From: a virus
Virus record (IMG/VR): IMGVR_UViG_3300005856_000091
Strand: one strand, 5' to 3'
Length of the DNA stretch: 26,931 nt
Shown here piece after piece: positions 7,401 through 15,759 of the stretch (the first letter of the stretch is position 1; each line of letters starts with the position of its first letter). The position numbers and the translations under genes were made by a program. The notes beneath the pieces are model-generated. The model searched no databases and was not told the DNA's origin. It saw nothing but the letters and a program-made list of their open reading frames with translations.

Positions 7401-10148
7401 ATGGTTGAGCTAATGGCTGACCTGCCAGACAAAGTTGATTTTCGATGGCTTACAAGGTACGGCATTATTGAGCACATGTCCTCCCTCGGAGTTAAGATGG
7501 ATACAACAATTGATGGTATTGTGTCTGCTATTCAGGGTGCTAAGGGTGATGAGCTTACCAAAAAGCAGGTGACGCCAGAGATTTCTCTAGATGTGTCTCT
7601 GCTTTCAAGGTTCCTCATAGCTAGGGGTATGCACCCGTATCTAGCTTCAATTGTTTCTGTTGCTGAATCCCATGTTATGCTAGCAGATGAGATGACTCTT
7701 CTCAGATCAGGGTTCCTATACCTGTACAGATGGGGAATGGCTAATGTTGACCAGCTTGAGCAGTTGATGAGCGGTCTATTCGTTATTAAGTTCACGACGG
7801 GATACATAGACACCGATGGAACTCCACACACATATACATATAACAAGCCTGTGTTCTGGCTACCTGCTGAGAGGAGGCTTCTGCAGTTGAGGGCAGCTAT
7901 GGATAGGTATTATGAGCTGTTCAGGGACTTTGTTAGGGAGGTTGAGAGGGGTGTTAGATCTCTAGCATTGCACACAAAGTCAACTGCTGAAGAGGTTAAG
8001 AAGTATGTTTCTCAACTTAATCTAGATAAGGAGACAAGCGAAGCTGTTAACAAGGCTCTTTCAAGCATTTCACAGGGGTTTGCAGAGGACTTGATAAAGA
8101 GATATGGAGGGGTGGTAACTGGGAGGCTTAGCGATGACATAGCTAAGATATCTGGGGTTAAGGTGTCTTTCACAGTTGATGATGTTTACATAGATTCTTG
8201 GATTAAGTCTGCAGAGCTTACTAGAACTATTGAGAGCAGGACTTGGATAAGGCACTACGCCACTAGGCTTGTTGCATGGATCCTATACAGAACTTCATAT
8301 GGTTGGACACCTGTTGAGAAGTTCAGCAACTTGACAGCGATTCTTCTTGCAAGGGGCTGGATAACTATTGAGGAGAAAGAGTTCCTTGATACAATAGCTA
8401 GCTGGGTCTATGGAATTGTTAGGAGGGAGATGATACCAACACCACTACAGCTAGCAACATTCTCAGAATACATGAAGGTATCGGATGACTTAATTGAAAA
8501 GGTTCTTGAAGAGCACAGGGTTCCTGATGATTATAGACAGCTATACAAGCAGTACATATCGTACAGGTTCATAAAAACTGATTTCAAGACATATATAAAC
8601 AGGGCTAGGAGAGCATATGTGCTTGGCATAATCAGTGATGCTGATTGGGGCAGTATTCTGAAGGAAGCTGTTGAGAAGTATGGCTTCAGAAATGAGGAGG
8701 TATCAATTATGCAGAGAATTGCAGATCTTGAGGAGCAGATGGAGAGCGTAAGGGTTTGGAGACCATCGCTAACAACAATCGCTACAATATCAGAAGTTGT
8801 ACCAATACCAGATGACGTAATGAACAAGATCTTTGCAAAGTTCAGGATAGACCCATTGATAGCCCCGTACGTAACTGAGTATGTTAAGAGGAGACCTCTG
8901 GTAGATGAGCTTAGGAGCCTTGTTAACGAGTACTACAGGATGAAGTACTACTCGGCTGTGTACAAGCAGACAATACCTCAAGACATTGAGCAGGCTGTCC
9001 AGAAATACATGCAGCTGTTTGGATTGACAGAGGAGGAGAGGGCTATCAGAGACCTTGTTGCAAAGATTAGGGAGACTGTAGAGATGTGGAGAGAGTCTGC
9101 AAGGGAGTACATACCAACACCATCTATGCTGGCAACAATTGCTGAGTATGTACCGTCACTAACAGATGAGATGATCAACAAAGTGCTGGAGGCTAGGAGG
9201 GTTCCACAGGAGTGGAGAGCTATATGGATGCAGTACATAAAGGCTAGGACTCTTGCTGATGAGGTTAGGACGCTTATAAACGCTTTCTATCGTATGAAGA
9301 GATATGCTATGCTATATGGATATGCTGTTCCTAAGGATGTTGAGAATACTGTGATTAAGTACGCTAAAATGATTGGCGTAACAGATGAGGAGAAGAGTAT
9401 AAGGGACTTGATTGCTGAGATCGAGGCTACTGTTGATAACTGGAGAGATCTTGCTAGAAGGGGAGAGAGCATACCAACTCTATCGCAGCTTGTTGTAATG
9501 GCTGAGTACATTAATGTACCTGTTGACTATGTTAAGAAGGTTCTTGAGGCTAGGAGGGTTGAGCATACATACGCAAATCTATGGCTTCAGTACCTCTATG
9601 CAAGGTCTATTTCTACAGAGGTTAACAGGGTTGTTAGAGCGTTTGAGGATCTATACATAAGGTTTGCTGTCCCAGAAGATGTTGTTAAACAAGTAACTTC
9701 GCTGATGGCTCAGGGTGGGTGGACTGAGCAGGAGCTTAAGATATTTGGCTTCGAGCTAGACCTTAGAAGAGCATACAGAGTTCTAACAATGATGATGCCG
9801 AGCATAAGGCAGTTCATTACAGATGCACAGTACTTGTCTAACTACGAGAAGCTTTTCCAAGACCTTCTACAGACATATGCAATAGATGCTGAGAAATATA
9901 AGAAGCAAGTTGACTACTACAAGAGGTTGCTGAAGAATAGGAGGCTTTGGAGACACTTCTCATGGTACAGAACACAGCTAACATATGCATTGATGTACGG
10001 CTCTATGACAGAGGATGAAATTAAGAAAAAGCTACAGCAGTTCGTTAACCTAGGGCTGATAGATGAAGATGAATTGAACGTAATAATTGATGGTATAAAG
10101 ATTAGGGCTGCTGCTTACGCTGCTTACAGGGCTTTGAGATATAGGTGA
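4392..10148 (+). CDS. Very large minor virion protein (~1920 aa) with tape-measure-like amphipathic repeats and ~115-aa C-terminal repeats
   Basis: Uninterrupted ORF; 11/18-residue W-spaced repeats in the N-terminal third; repeated IPTxSxLATxxEY...KVLEARRV units; AGGTG RBS favours ATG 4392 (GTG 4383 also possible). Confidence 0.85.
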   Translation: MSMQRGEEGEFRIDELYIAAAKELIESVASSITLIHSSGVYQISFDSIKLEALANALNVFGWTDPIGEIKNWFYDRLKEIATFFSSTVDAITKPIKDVVNSVWSFVQGIPNAVVSGVKVFIDTLSSSVSSLASSVSSYFTHVLSKLSDIASSISASISSAVSSILQGVLSALSSVSSTISSVFLRLWDSIQVIGSSISDAFGRLSSILSSIPSAIIQGVQSLFAQLSSSLQGIGQSILGALQSFASSIQGAIQGVVSSLSYFASQIWNGIQSIGISLAGVADRIWSGLQSVGQSVLGALQSFAGMVQSAISSVAGTLSGLISRVWEGLQSIGSAVSGFFSRVWEGIQSFGKMVSDFFGRIWDGIQSGLKWVWDQLQVFGKWLWDSIQGGLKWLWDALTSIGSKIWEGLQWFGKSVSDMFIRVWDGLQAVGKLVLSGVEGLGTAIQNALSAIQRFIEYEFSIVGGALSSFGRLVVDGFTRIGQSLSDFAKIFDKWATTLYGGVQAIGSGFTQFLQYISNLPNVLQSIFGGIADFFKRVGEVIAEFVRSPLEFIKKHIIEPIWGGIQWLAGKMWDGLQWMWQKIVEGAQWLWGALQQAGQWMLNAIAGIASAIQNAFTGIANTISGVGKTAYEFIINMFMKIKELVSESMQKYVKGVISEFMSAVGWGSPPGLTSDNFVKAWGTSLFWSLPLYAFALAVEIPIRGAAYGLQQLGNKLSGMDWKIRLSLKFLGAGGDIEFNLAKALGDSLQNFGKEMMKHAEKFYEPFWMGIGFWFGRYASTLLIYNLRNFIPIEMPSFREAEELWNRIRSTALTSFKIPEDVVGKPEDAEDVIINFLKMRGYSDYVIKLAFADENEFYLEIEDRFGVKRKIPLADAWRVPPPSDIITMMIRDVIIDPKYFAAVMRMQGFNKDTSILYYYLHFRYPPPERLAEFYWRGMARVLWFDRTLEEEGLKTFLGLEAIKATPPRKINENPNILNNMIMMYMKWHDYAPFAWQPGFPTDKSIMVELMADLPDKVDFRWLTRYGIIEHMSSLGVKMDTTIDGIVSAIQGAKGDELTKKQVTPEISLDVSLLSRFLIARGMHPYLASIVSVAESHVMLADEMTLLRSGFLYLYRWGMANVDQLEQLMSGLFVIKFTTGYIDTDGTPHTYTYNKPVFWLPAERRLLQLRAAMDRYYELFRDFVREVERGVRSLALHTKSTAEEVKKYVSQLNLDKETSEAVNKALSSISQGFAEDLIKRYGGVVTGRLSDDIAKISGVKVSFTVDDVYIDSWIKSAELTRTIESRTWIRHYATRLVAWILYRTSYGWTPVEKFSNLTAILLARGWITIEEKEFLDTIASWVYGIVRREMIPTPLQLATFSEYMKVSDDLIEKVLEEHRVPDDYRQLYKQYISYRFIKTDFKTYINRARRAYVLGIISDADWGSILKEAVEKYGFRNEEVSIMQRIADLEEQMESVRVWRPSLTTIATISEVVPIPDDVMNKIFAKFRIDPLIAPYVTEYVKRRPLVDELRSLVNEYYRMKYYSAVYKQTIPQDIEQAVQKYMQLFGLTEEERAIRDLVAKIRETVEMWRESAREYIPTPSMLATIAEYVPSLTDEMINKVLEARRVPQEWRAIWMQYIKARTLADEVRTLINAFYRMKRYAMLYGYAVPKDVENTVIKYAKMIGVTDEEKSIRDLIAEIEATVDNWRDLARRGESIPTLSQLVVMAEYINVPVDYVKKVLEARRVEHTYANLWLQYLYARSISTEVNRVVRAFEDLYIRFAVPEDVVKQVTSLMAQGGWTEQELKIFGFELDLRRAYRVLTMMMPSIRQFITDAQYLSNYEKLFQDLLQTYAIDAEKYKKQVDYYKRLLKNRRLWRHFSWYRTQLTYALMYGSMTEDEIKKKLQQFVNLGLIDEDELNVIIDGIKIRAAAYAAYRALRYR

Positions 10149-10205
10149 TAAACTTGACTAAAAATTTATTTCTCTTTTTAAACGATATTTAGTCAGGTGA
10201 TTTAA

Positions 10206-10394
10206 ATGTCCTCAACACATGTCAAGGATCAGAAGACTCAAACACCTCAGTTGCCTGACACTAGCGAGTTGCTTAAGAAGATGGACAGGGATTTGGAGGA
10301 GATGAGGAAGAGGTTTGAGCAGTTGATTAAGAAGATGGATGAGGATCTTGAGAGGATTAGAAAGCAGTCTGGTGGTTCAAGTGCAAAGCCTTAG
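10206..10394 (+). CDS. Small coiled-coil protein with an 18-aa tandem repeat
   Basis: ELLKKMDRDLEEMRKRF / EQLIKKMDEDLERIRKQ; AGGTGA RBS. Confidence 0.75.
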   Translation: MSSTHVKDQKTQTPQLPDTSELLKKMDRDLEEMRKRFEQLIKKMDEDLERIRKQSGGSSAKP

Positions 10395-11676
10395 CGATGT
10401 CGTTAGAAAGATTATTGAAGAGAAACAGAGGTATGCACAGAAAGTTGCGACTGAGGATGCTCTTCAGCAAAACGTTTTCGACATATATCTTTTTTCTGAT
10501 CAGATAGGCTTCCAGTTTGATCAGGTTATCCTAGACTCTATATTCACCTCATTAGTTGGCATCGCATTTTATGGTTTAAACCCTTCTGAGATACCCATCT
10601 TCAACCTGTGCTTCGATACAAGCCTTCCGTCTTCTGATGAATACGTTAGAGGTAAGATAATAAACGTTCAGAACATATCCTGCTTAGATAAGTACCCAGA
10701 GATCTCAACATATATCAATGAAGCTGTAAATGCTTTGAAGCCTAGCATGATACAGAAGTGTTACTGGGGCGTGTCAACATATGGAGATTGCTATGTTGAT
10801 CCATCTGTCGTTAGAGATTATTTGAGGTCAACAATGCTTAGAGTGTTCAAGATTCCTAGGGCTGAAGAAACTCAGAAGAAAATACACGACTCTTTCATTG
10901 CAAATCTAGATATGTTGCCTGACCCGATGAAGGCTGGATGGGAGATGAGCAACTACAGTTTTGAGGCAAAGATTAGGGATCCCTACTGGGACTATGCATG
11001 GTGGGATCTGAGTTTTTGGGCGGAGGAGGAATCATACATAGTTAACTATGAGAAAAACCCTGTTCCTGCTAACCCAGAGCATGCAATGGATGTTATGGTG
11101 GTGGCGTTCTGGGATCTTGGCATATGGGACTATAGCTTCTGGGCTGAGGAGACCCACAGCACTCCTGAAGGCATTGAAATGCTTGAAAAATTCGGCGATC
11201 TATATGATTCTGTTATGGCGATAGCTGACAAGATATCGTTCGAGGCTAAGTCAAGGTTGCTTACAACACCTCTAATTGTTGCTAATTACCAGACAGTTGA
11301 AGAGAGGAAGAACTGGTCAATTAGTAAGAGAGTTGATGAATTTGGATATTCAAAGGTATGGATATACACTATAAGAAATATTGTGAGGAGCATTGTTGGC
11401 GGTGTTCCCCCAGGTGTTTTCAGGGTGTATGAATCCGCTGCTATGAGCCTTGTGTCAAGAGTTGGTAGACAAGGTGGGTGGGGCTACGAAGCATTCAGGT
11501 CTATGGATATGGATACGTTCAGGAAGCAATGGATTGATGAGTGGAGCAACAAGGGGCTGGATCCAGACCTTCTCAGAAATATATTTGATGCAGTTATTAG
11601 AGAGGTTAAAACGTTTTCTGGCGAAAGATTTAAACAAAAGGTTCTGCGGCAAACTTTATATGGTGGTTTATTCTGA
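10381..11676 (+). CDS. Minor structural protein with W-D aromatic repeats and a C-terminal MCP-like domain
   Basis: YWDYAWWDLSFWAEE / FWDLGIWDYSFWAEE repeat; C-terminus aligns with MCP1; GGTGG RBS favours GTG 10381. Confidence 0.75.
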   Translation: MQSLSDVVRKIIEEKQRYAQKVATEDALQQNVFDIYLFSDQIGFQFDQVILDSIFTSLVGIAFYGLNPSEIPIFNLCFDTSLPSSDEYVRGKIINVQNISCLDKYPEISTYINEAVNALKPSMIQKCYWGVSTYGDCYVDPSVVRDYLRSTMLRVFKIPRAEETQKKIHDSFIANLDMLPDPMKAGWEMSNYSFEAKIRDPYWDYAWWDLSFWAEEESYIVNYEKNPVPANPEHAMDVMVVAFWDLGIWDYSFWAEETHSTPEGIEMLEKFGDLYDSVMAIADKISFEAKSRLLTTPLIVANYQTVEERKNWSISKRVDEFGYSKVWIYTIRNIVRSIVGGVPPGVFRVYESAAMSLVSRVGRQGGWGYEAFRSMDMDTFRKQWIDEWSNKGLDPDLLRNIFDAVIREVKTFSGERFKQKVLRQTLYGGLF

Positions 11677-11691
11677 ATAGAGGTGAGGGGA

Positions 11692-11949
11692 ATGCTGGAC
11701 ATGTGGTACGACCCTCCAACAAGAAACCCCAAAAAACCATTGGTGTGGATACTGTTCGACAGCTTTGTGATAGGGTTGTTGGCTTTTGCAGCTAGCCTGC
11801 CATACGATAGGATACCTACTCATCTAGACGTCTACATAGCTTTGAGGGCTTTCATATATTCGTTTGCTATGCAGCTCTTTGTTGAGTACGGGGTTAAGCC
11901 CTATTGGAGGAATAGGAAGAATAACGGTTGGGATGAGGGTGGTGAATAG
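11692..11949 (+). CDS. Small two-TM membrane protein (envelope or holin-like)
   Basis: Two hydrophobic segments and a charged C-tail; GAGGTGA RBS favours ATG 11692. Confidence 0.75.
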   Translation: MLDMWYDPPTRNPKKPLVWILFDSFVIGLLAFAASLPYDRIPTHLDVYIALRAFIYSFAMQLFVEYGVKPYWRNRKNNGWDEGGE

Positions 11950-12365
11950 TGGGGAAATATGATTCTCTATATCCAGCACCTGGGAGGATTCTAAGGAATT
12001 GGGGTGTTGGCGTAGTTGATGCATTGAACGAGCTAGCTACCTCAATAGATAACATTAAATCAGCGAGATTCAACCATGCAAAGCAGCTATTCACACTAAA
12101 TGCTATTGCTGAACAGTCTCTGTTTAGTGTCAAGGGTGCTGGGCTTGTTGTTGTTGAGCTTTCTGGTGATGGTGACGGGGTCTTCACTTTGAGGATATAT
12201 GTAGATGGGAGTATAGAGAATGAGTTCCCAACAAACAAGTCAGTAACAGAGTCATATGCATTTGACTCTAGCTTTGAGCTGAGGCTGTTTAACCCTGCTA
12301 GCACCTCTCAATCAGCATCATCTGAGACAATAAGGCTCAGAGGATTGGCTAGGTACACAGGTTAA
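11949..12365 (+). CDS. Putative virion protein (N-terminal helix, beta-sandwich C-terminus)
   Basis: Coupled to the upstream stop, GGTGGTGA RBS, beta-strand-rich pattern. Confidence 0.7.
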   Translation: MGKYDSLYPAPGRILRNWGVGVVDALNELATSIDNIKSARFNHAKQLFTLNAIAEQSLFSVKGAGLVVVELSGDGDGVFTLRIYVDGSIENEFPTNKSVTESYAFDSSFELRLFNPASTSQSASSETIRLRGLARYTG

Positions 12366-12371
12366 TCAGCT

Positions 12372-12866
12372 ATGAAGCTAAACCTTTGCTGTGGAGATGA
12401 TGTTAGGGAAGGGTATATAAACATCGATGTTAGAAAAACTAAGCATAATGTTTTGGTTCTTGACCTTGAGAAGGAACTGTTAAAGCCTTTCCCAAGCAAC
12501 TCAGCTGAAGAGGTAATAGCGAAGGATTGCATAGAGCATATTTCTTGGAGGAGGGTAGAGGACTTGTTAAGGGATATTCACAGAGTTCTAAAATGTAACG
12601 GAAGAGTCTATATACAAGTCCCAGACCTAGAGGCAATAACTAAGAAAGTTATTTTTAATCCTGACTTCTGTTTTGATATCTTGTGCGGGTGGAAGGCAAT
12701 ATCATACTTTGTATATGGGGGACAAGACTACGAATATAATTATCACAAATCAGGTTTTACAATTGGAACACTAAGAAGGTTGCTTGAGTCCATAGGATTT
12801 GTTGTTGATGATATTATGAATGATGGAGGCAGTAACATCATTACATATGCTAGGAAGAGGTGCTGA
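12372..12866 (+). CDS. Class I SAM-dependent methyltransferase
   Basis: KLNLCCG motif I, YINID, EEVIAKDCIEH, LKCNGRVYIQVPD. Confidence 0.9.
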   Translation: MKLNLCCGDDVREGYINIDVRKTKHNVLVLDLEKELLKPFPSNSAEEVIAKDCIEHISWRRVEDLLRDIHRVLKCNGRVYIQVPDLEAITKKVIFNPDFCFDILCGWKAISYFVYGGQDYEYNYHKSGFTIGTLRRLLESIGFVVDDIMNDGGSNIITYARKRC

Positions 12867-12871
12867 GTTTT

Positions 12872-14017
12872 ATGAACCCCATCCTCTATACATACCCATT
12901 GAACCACATTGTTAGCTTCACGATTGTGGGGAGGAAACATGTGGAGTACTTGAGGAGGCTTAGCATTGCAAAGGTTTATGAGATGGATGAGCTTGTCTTC
13001 CCAAATTTTGTTCCGTCAATAAGGTATGACGCTGTTATACACCCATTTCTGTTCATATGGGAGAGAGTTATAAGCAAAATAGGTAAGGCAACACCTCCAC
13101 AATTAAAGCACAAGGTTAGCAAGTATGTTGATGACTTCAAGAACCAATATGACCAAGTTGTAGCAGTTGATGTTTGCGACAGTGATAGGATAAGCGATTA
13201 CGCTGTGAACTTTCTGAACTATGCCGACAAAATTATTGTGCCAAGCAATTTCTGTGTAGAGGTATATAGGAGTAGCGGGGTCAAAAAACCTGTTTACAGG
13301 GTTCCTCATGGGGTAGATGCAGAGTGGTATACCACTAAAAACATTTGGGGTACAGAGCTTAGGGAGAAAGTAGGTGATTTGGTGAAAGCTGTTTATGAGT
13401 ATAAGGTTAAGAAGAATAAGAAGATTTTGCTTTTCTGGTTGTGGCACAGCCCCGAGAGGAAGGGGTTTGACGAGGTTCTCAAGGTTTACACAAGGCTAAT
13501 GAAAGAGCGAAACGATATTGTACTGGTTATGAAGGTTGCAACACTCCAATCATTCCTAGTTGCTCATTTGTCTCCCAACTACCCGTCTAAGCCTGAGGAT
13601 CTGGACATAAACTTTGTTGTTGGATGGCTAAGCGAATTCGATAAAATGGCTCTATACGACTTGGCGGACATAACATTGATGTTCAGTATTGGTGGAGGAT
13701 TCGAAATTAACACGTTAGAAAGCTTAGCGAGAGGAGTACCTGTAATAACATCTAATAAAGGGTCGTGGACTGACTATGTTCCACCATTTCTACAGGTTAA
13801 AGCTGGTGAAAGGGTGAAGGTTTTTGACAAGCACGATATTCATGTCGGCTACGGCTATAAGGTGGATGTTGAGGACGCCCTGAACAAGATTCATGATATC
13901 CTAGATAACTATGATGAGTACAAGGCGAGGACAGAGGAGTGGAGTAGTAAAGTATTGGCAAACGAGTATCGATGGGACATAATAGCACAAAAACTTGTTA
14001 AGGTTATACATTGTTGA
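12872..14017 (+). CDS. GT-B glycosyltransferase of the rudivirus/lipothrixvirus type
   Basis: N-terminal YxYPxxHxVSF motif, IIVPSNF, VPHGVD, ERKGFD, GGGFEINTLESLARGVPVI; GAGGTG RBS favours ATG 12872. Confidence 0.92.
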   Translation: MNPILYTYPLNHIVSFTIVGRKHVEYLRRLSIAKVYEMDELVFPNFVPSIRYDAVIHPFLFIWERVISKIGKATPPQLKHKVSKYVDDFKNQYDQVVAVDVCDSDRISDYAVNFLNYADKIIVPSNFCVEVYRSSGVKKPVYRVPHGVDAEWYTTKNIWGTELREKVGDLVKAVYEYKVKKNKKILLFWLWHSPERKGFDEVLKVYTRLMKERNDIVLVMKVATLQSFLVAHLSPNYPSKPEDLDINFVVGWLSEFDKMALYDLADITLMFSIGGGFEINTLESLARGVPVITSNKGSWTDYVPPFLQVKAGERVKVFDKHDIHVGYGYKVDVEDALNKIHDILDNYDEYKARTEEWSSKVLANEYRWDIIAQKLVKVIHC

Positions 14018-14026
14018 GGTGATTAA

Positions 14027-15340
14027 ATGCCTGACATAGTCTTAGATTACCACAGGCTCAAAACACCAATTGACCACCCAGACACTAGTGTAACAACCTC
14101 AAAAATTGCCAGTGGTGCTGTTACACCATCAAGAATTGGTACATTGTTATCTGAAGGCATTAACGCTGTAAACTGGTTTATTGCTACAGGACTAAATATT
14201 CTTCATCACGAGAATCCTGTCGCAGACCATACAATTACATTGCTTAACAAAACGCTCTCAGATTATTCAGCTATATACATATCGCGGGACAATATGAGGA
14301 TGTGGCACAGGAACCAGTACCCAACGTGGAGCTCCGGCTACACGCATGAGATGTTGACCGGTGCCTCGACAGCTGACCACAAGCTTGTCAAATGGGTTAC
14401 AGGCTCATCAACAACACTTGGATATGAGGCTGTTGACTTATCTGACTACCACTACCTCTACGGAATAGATATATCTGGCTCATCGTTTAAGTGCTACAGG
14501 GCATGGGTGACAGCAAAAACTATAAGTACTGCTACACCCAAGTTTACAGCAACGGATACAGCGTATGTAAGCGGATATATAGGTATAGGGTTTGTACGTG
14601 GCTACTATCCAATACCGTATGCTGTTCCAACATGGTTTACTGCCTTCTCCAAAGGTGTAGAGGCAGTAGCAGTCATGGAGTTTGGTATTGCGGGTAGTGG
14701 AACTCCTGACGACCCATACAGACCAGATTTCTCAAGCCAACTAGTAGATATACTATCCTTGCAGGGGTTGCCAAGCTTCCTCTACCGAGAAGCTAAGAAG
14801 TATCAAATGCTGAAAAAGAGGGGCTTTGAAGATGAAGAAATAGAGCTGTTGCTGGGCTACTTACCACAACGACTAGTTGATTTGAACACCGTTACTGGGG
14901 GTGCATTTGAGTTTCATCCTGATAAGGCTTCAACGGTTATAGTAACTGTTTTTGGCGATAACCCATACAAGCCCGGTGCTGTTGATAGGCAGAAGGCAAA
15001 GGTGAAGAGAGTTATTGAAGTTCCTAAGAACTATGGAGAAGCTGTTAGCCTATATAATCGGCTTAAGAAGGATTATCCTCATTGGCTTGCTGGTGTCCAC
15101 AACTGGTGCTACCAGATATTCGGCTTAGAGGAGTTTGACTGGCTTCAGAATGTTGATTTCTACTACGGTGAGCTTATTGAGCATAAGACTCATTATGACC
15201 AGCTCAAGATGGTGCCGGACTGGGAGATTAGGAACAGGTTGATGGAGCTCAGGGATAATATATCTAGAATGACTGTACTGACTGATGAGAGGGATAAGCA
15301 CCTTAGAAAGATTGATGAGATTCTTAGGAGGGGGTGGTGA
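14027..15340 (+). CDS. Putative adhesin / receptor-binding fibre protein
   Basis: N-terminal SVTTSKIASGAVT fibre-like motif, lectin-like beta domain ending ATDTAYVSGYIGIG, GSGTPDDPY motif, helical C-domain; GAGGTGA RBS. Confidence 0.6.
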   Translation: MPDIVLDYHRLKTPIDHPDTSVTTSKIASGAVTPSRIGTLLSEGINAVNWFIATGLNILHHENPVADHTITLLNKTLSDYSAIYISRDNMRMWHRNQYPTWSSGYTHEMLTGASTADHKLVKWVTGSSTTLGYEAVDLSDYHYLYGIDISGSSFKCYRAWVTAKTISTATPKFTATDTAYVSGYIGIGFVRGYYPIPYAVPTWFTAFSKGVEAVAVMEFGIAGSGTPDDPYRPDFSSQLVDILSLQGLPSFLYREAKKYQMLKKRGFEDEEIELLLGYLPQRLVDLNTVTGGAFEFHPDKASTVIVTVFGDNPYKPGAVDRQKAKVKRVIEVPKNYGEAVSLYNRLKKDYPHWLAGVHNWCYQIFGLEEFDWLQNVDFYYGELIEHKTHYDQLKMVPDWEIRNRLMELRDNISRMTVLTDERDKHLRKIDEILRRGW

Positions 15341-15343
15341 TAG

Positions 15344-15712
15344 GTGCCCGTAGTGGTAGCCTCCAAGACTAGGTACTCAGGAACTGTTTCTCCATCTGCT
15401 TTGAATACCGAGACTACCGTGGTTGAGATTGGTGCTCAAAGCGATGACTACATTGTTGAGGGCTGGATAGACCTAGGGGCTCTTGCGAGCGGTGATGCAG
15501 TTGTTATCAAGGTTTACGTAGCTGTTGATGGAGTCAACTACCGTACATATGCAACCGTGACATACAGTGGGGCTGTCTCCGACCCAATCATAAGGTTTCA
15601 CAGCATGCAGCTGCTGTACAACATGAAGTTCAAGGTAACCATTACTCAGACCTCAGGCACCCTCCGCTCCTTCCCCTACGGCTTCCTGCAAGAGGTGATG
15701 GGAACTGTATAA
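15344..15712 (+). CDS. Small all-beta putative virion protein
   Basis: 122 aa with alternating beta-strand pattern; in operon with the adhesin. Confidence 0.75.
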   Translation: MPVVVASKTRYSGTVSPSALNTETTVVEIGAQSDDYIVEGWIDLGALASGDAVVIKVYVAVDGVNYRTYATVTYSGAVSDPIIRFHSMQLLYNMKFKVTITQTSGTLRSFPYGFLQEVMGTV

Positions 15713-15725
15713 CGCTTTAAAACCC
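15711..15725 (+). promoter_or_regulatory. Archaeal BRE-TATA promoter
   Basis: AACGCTTTAAAACCC about 35 nt before ATG 15760; near-identical motif at 26745-26760 on the minus strand. Confidence 0.6.
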
Positions 15726-15759
15726 TGTTACAAAATAGAGTATATTAGGTGAATTTTAT

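Noticed and set aside
4392-10148. Intein or intron explaining the size of the giant ORF
   Set aside because: No intein C/S...HN-C/S/T boundaries or LAGLIDADG motifs noticed; length is accounted for by repeats
11692-11949. Virus-associated pyramid protein
   Set aside because: Two TM segments and no long C-terminal coiled region, unlike the single N-terminal TM layout of known pyramid proteins
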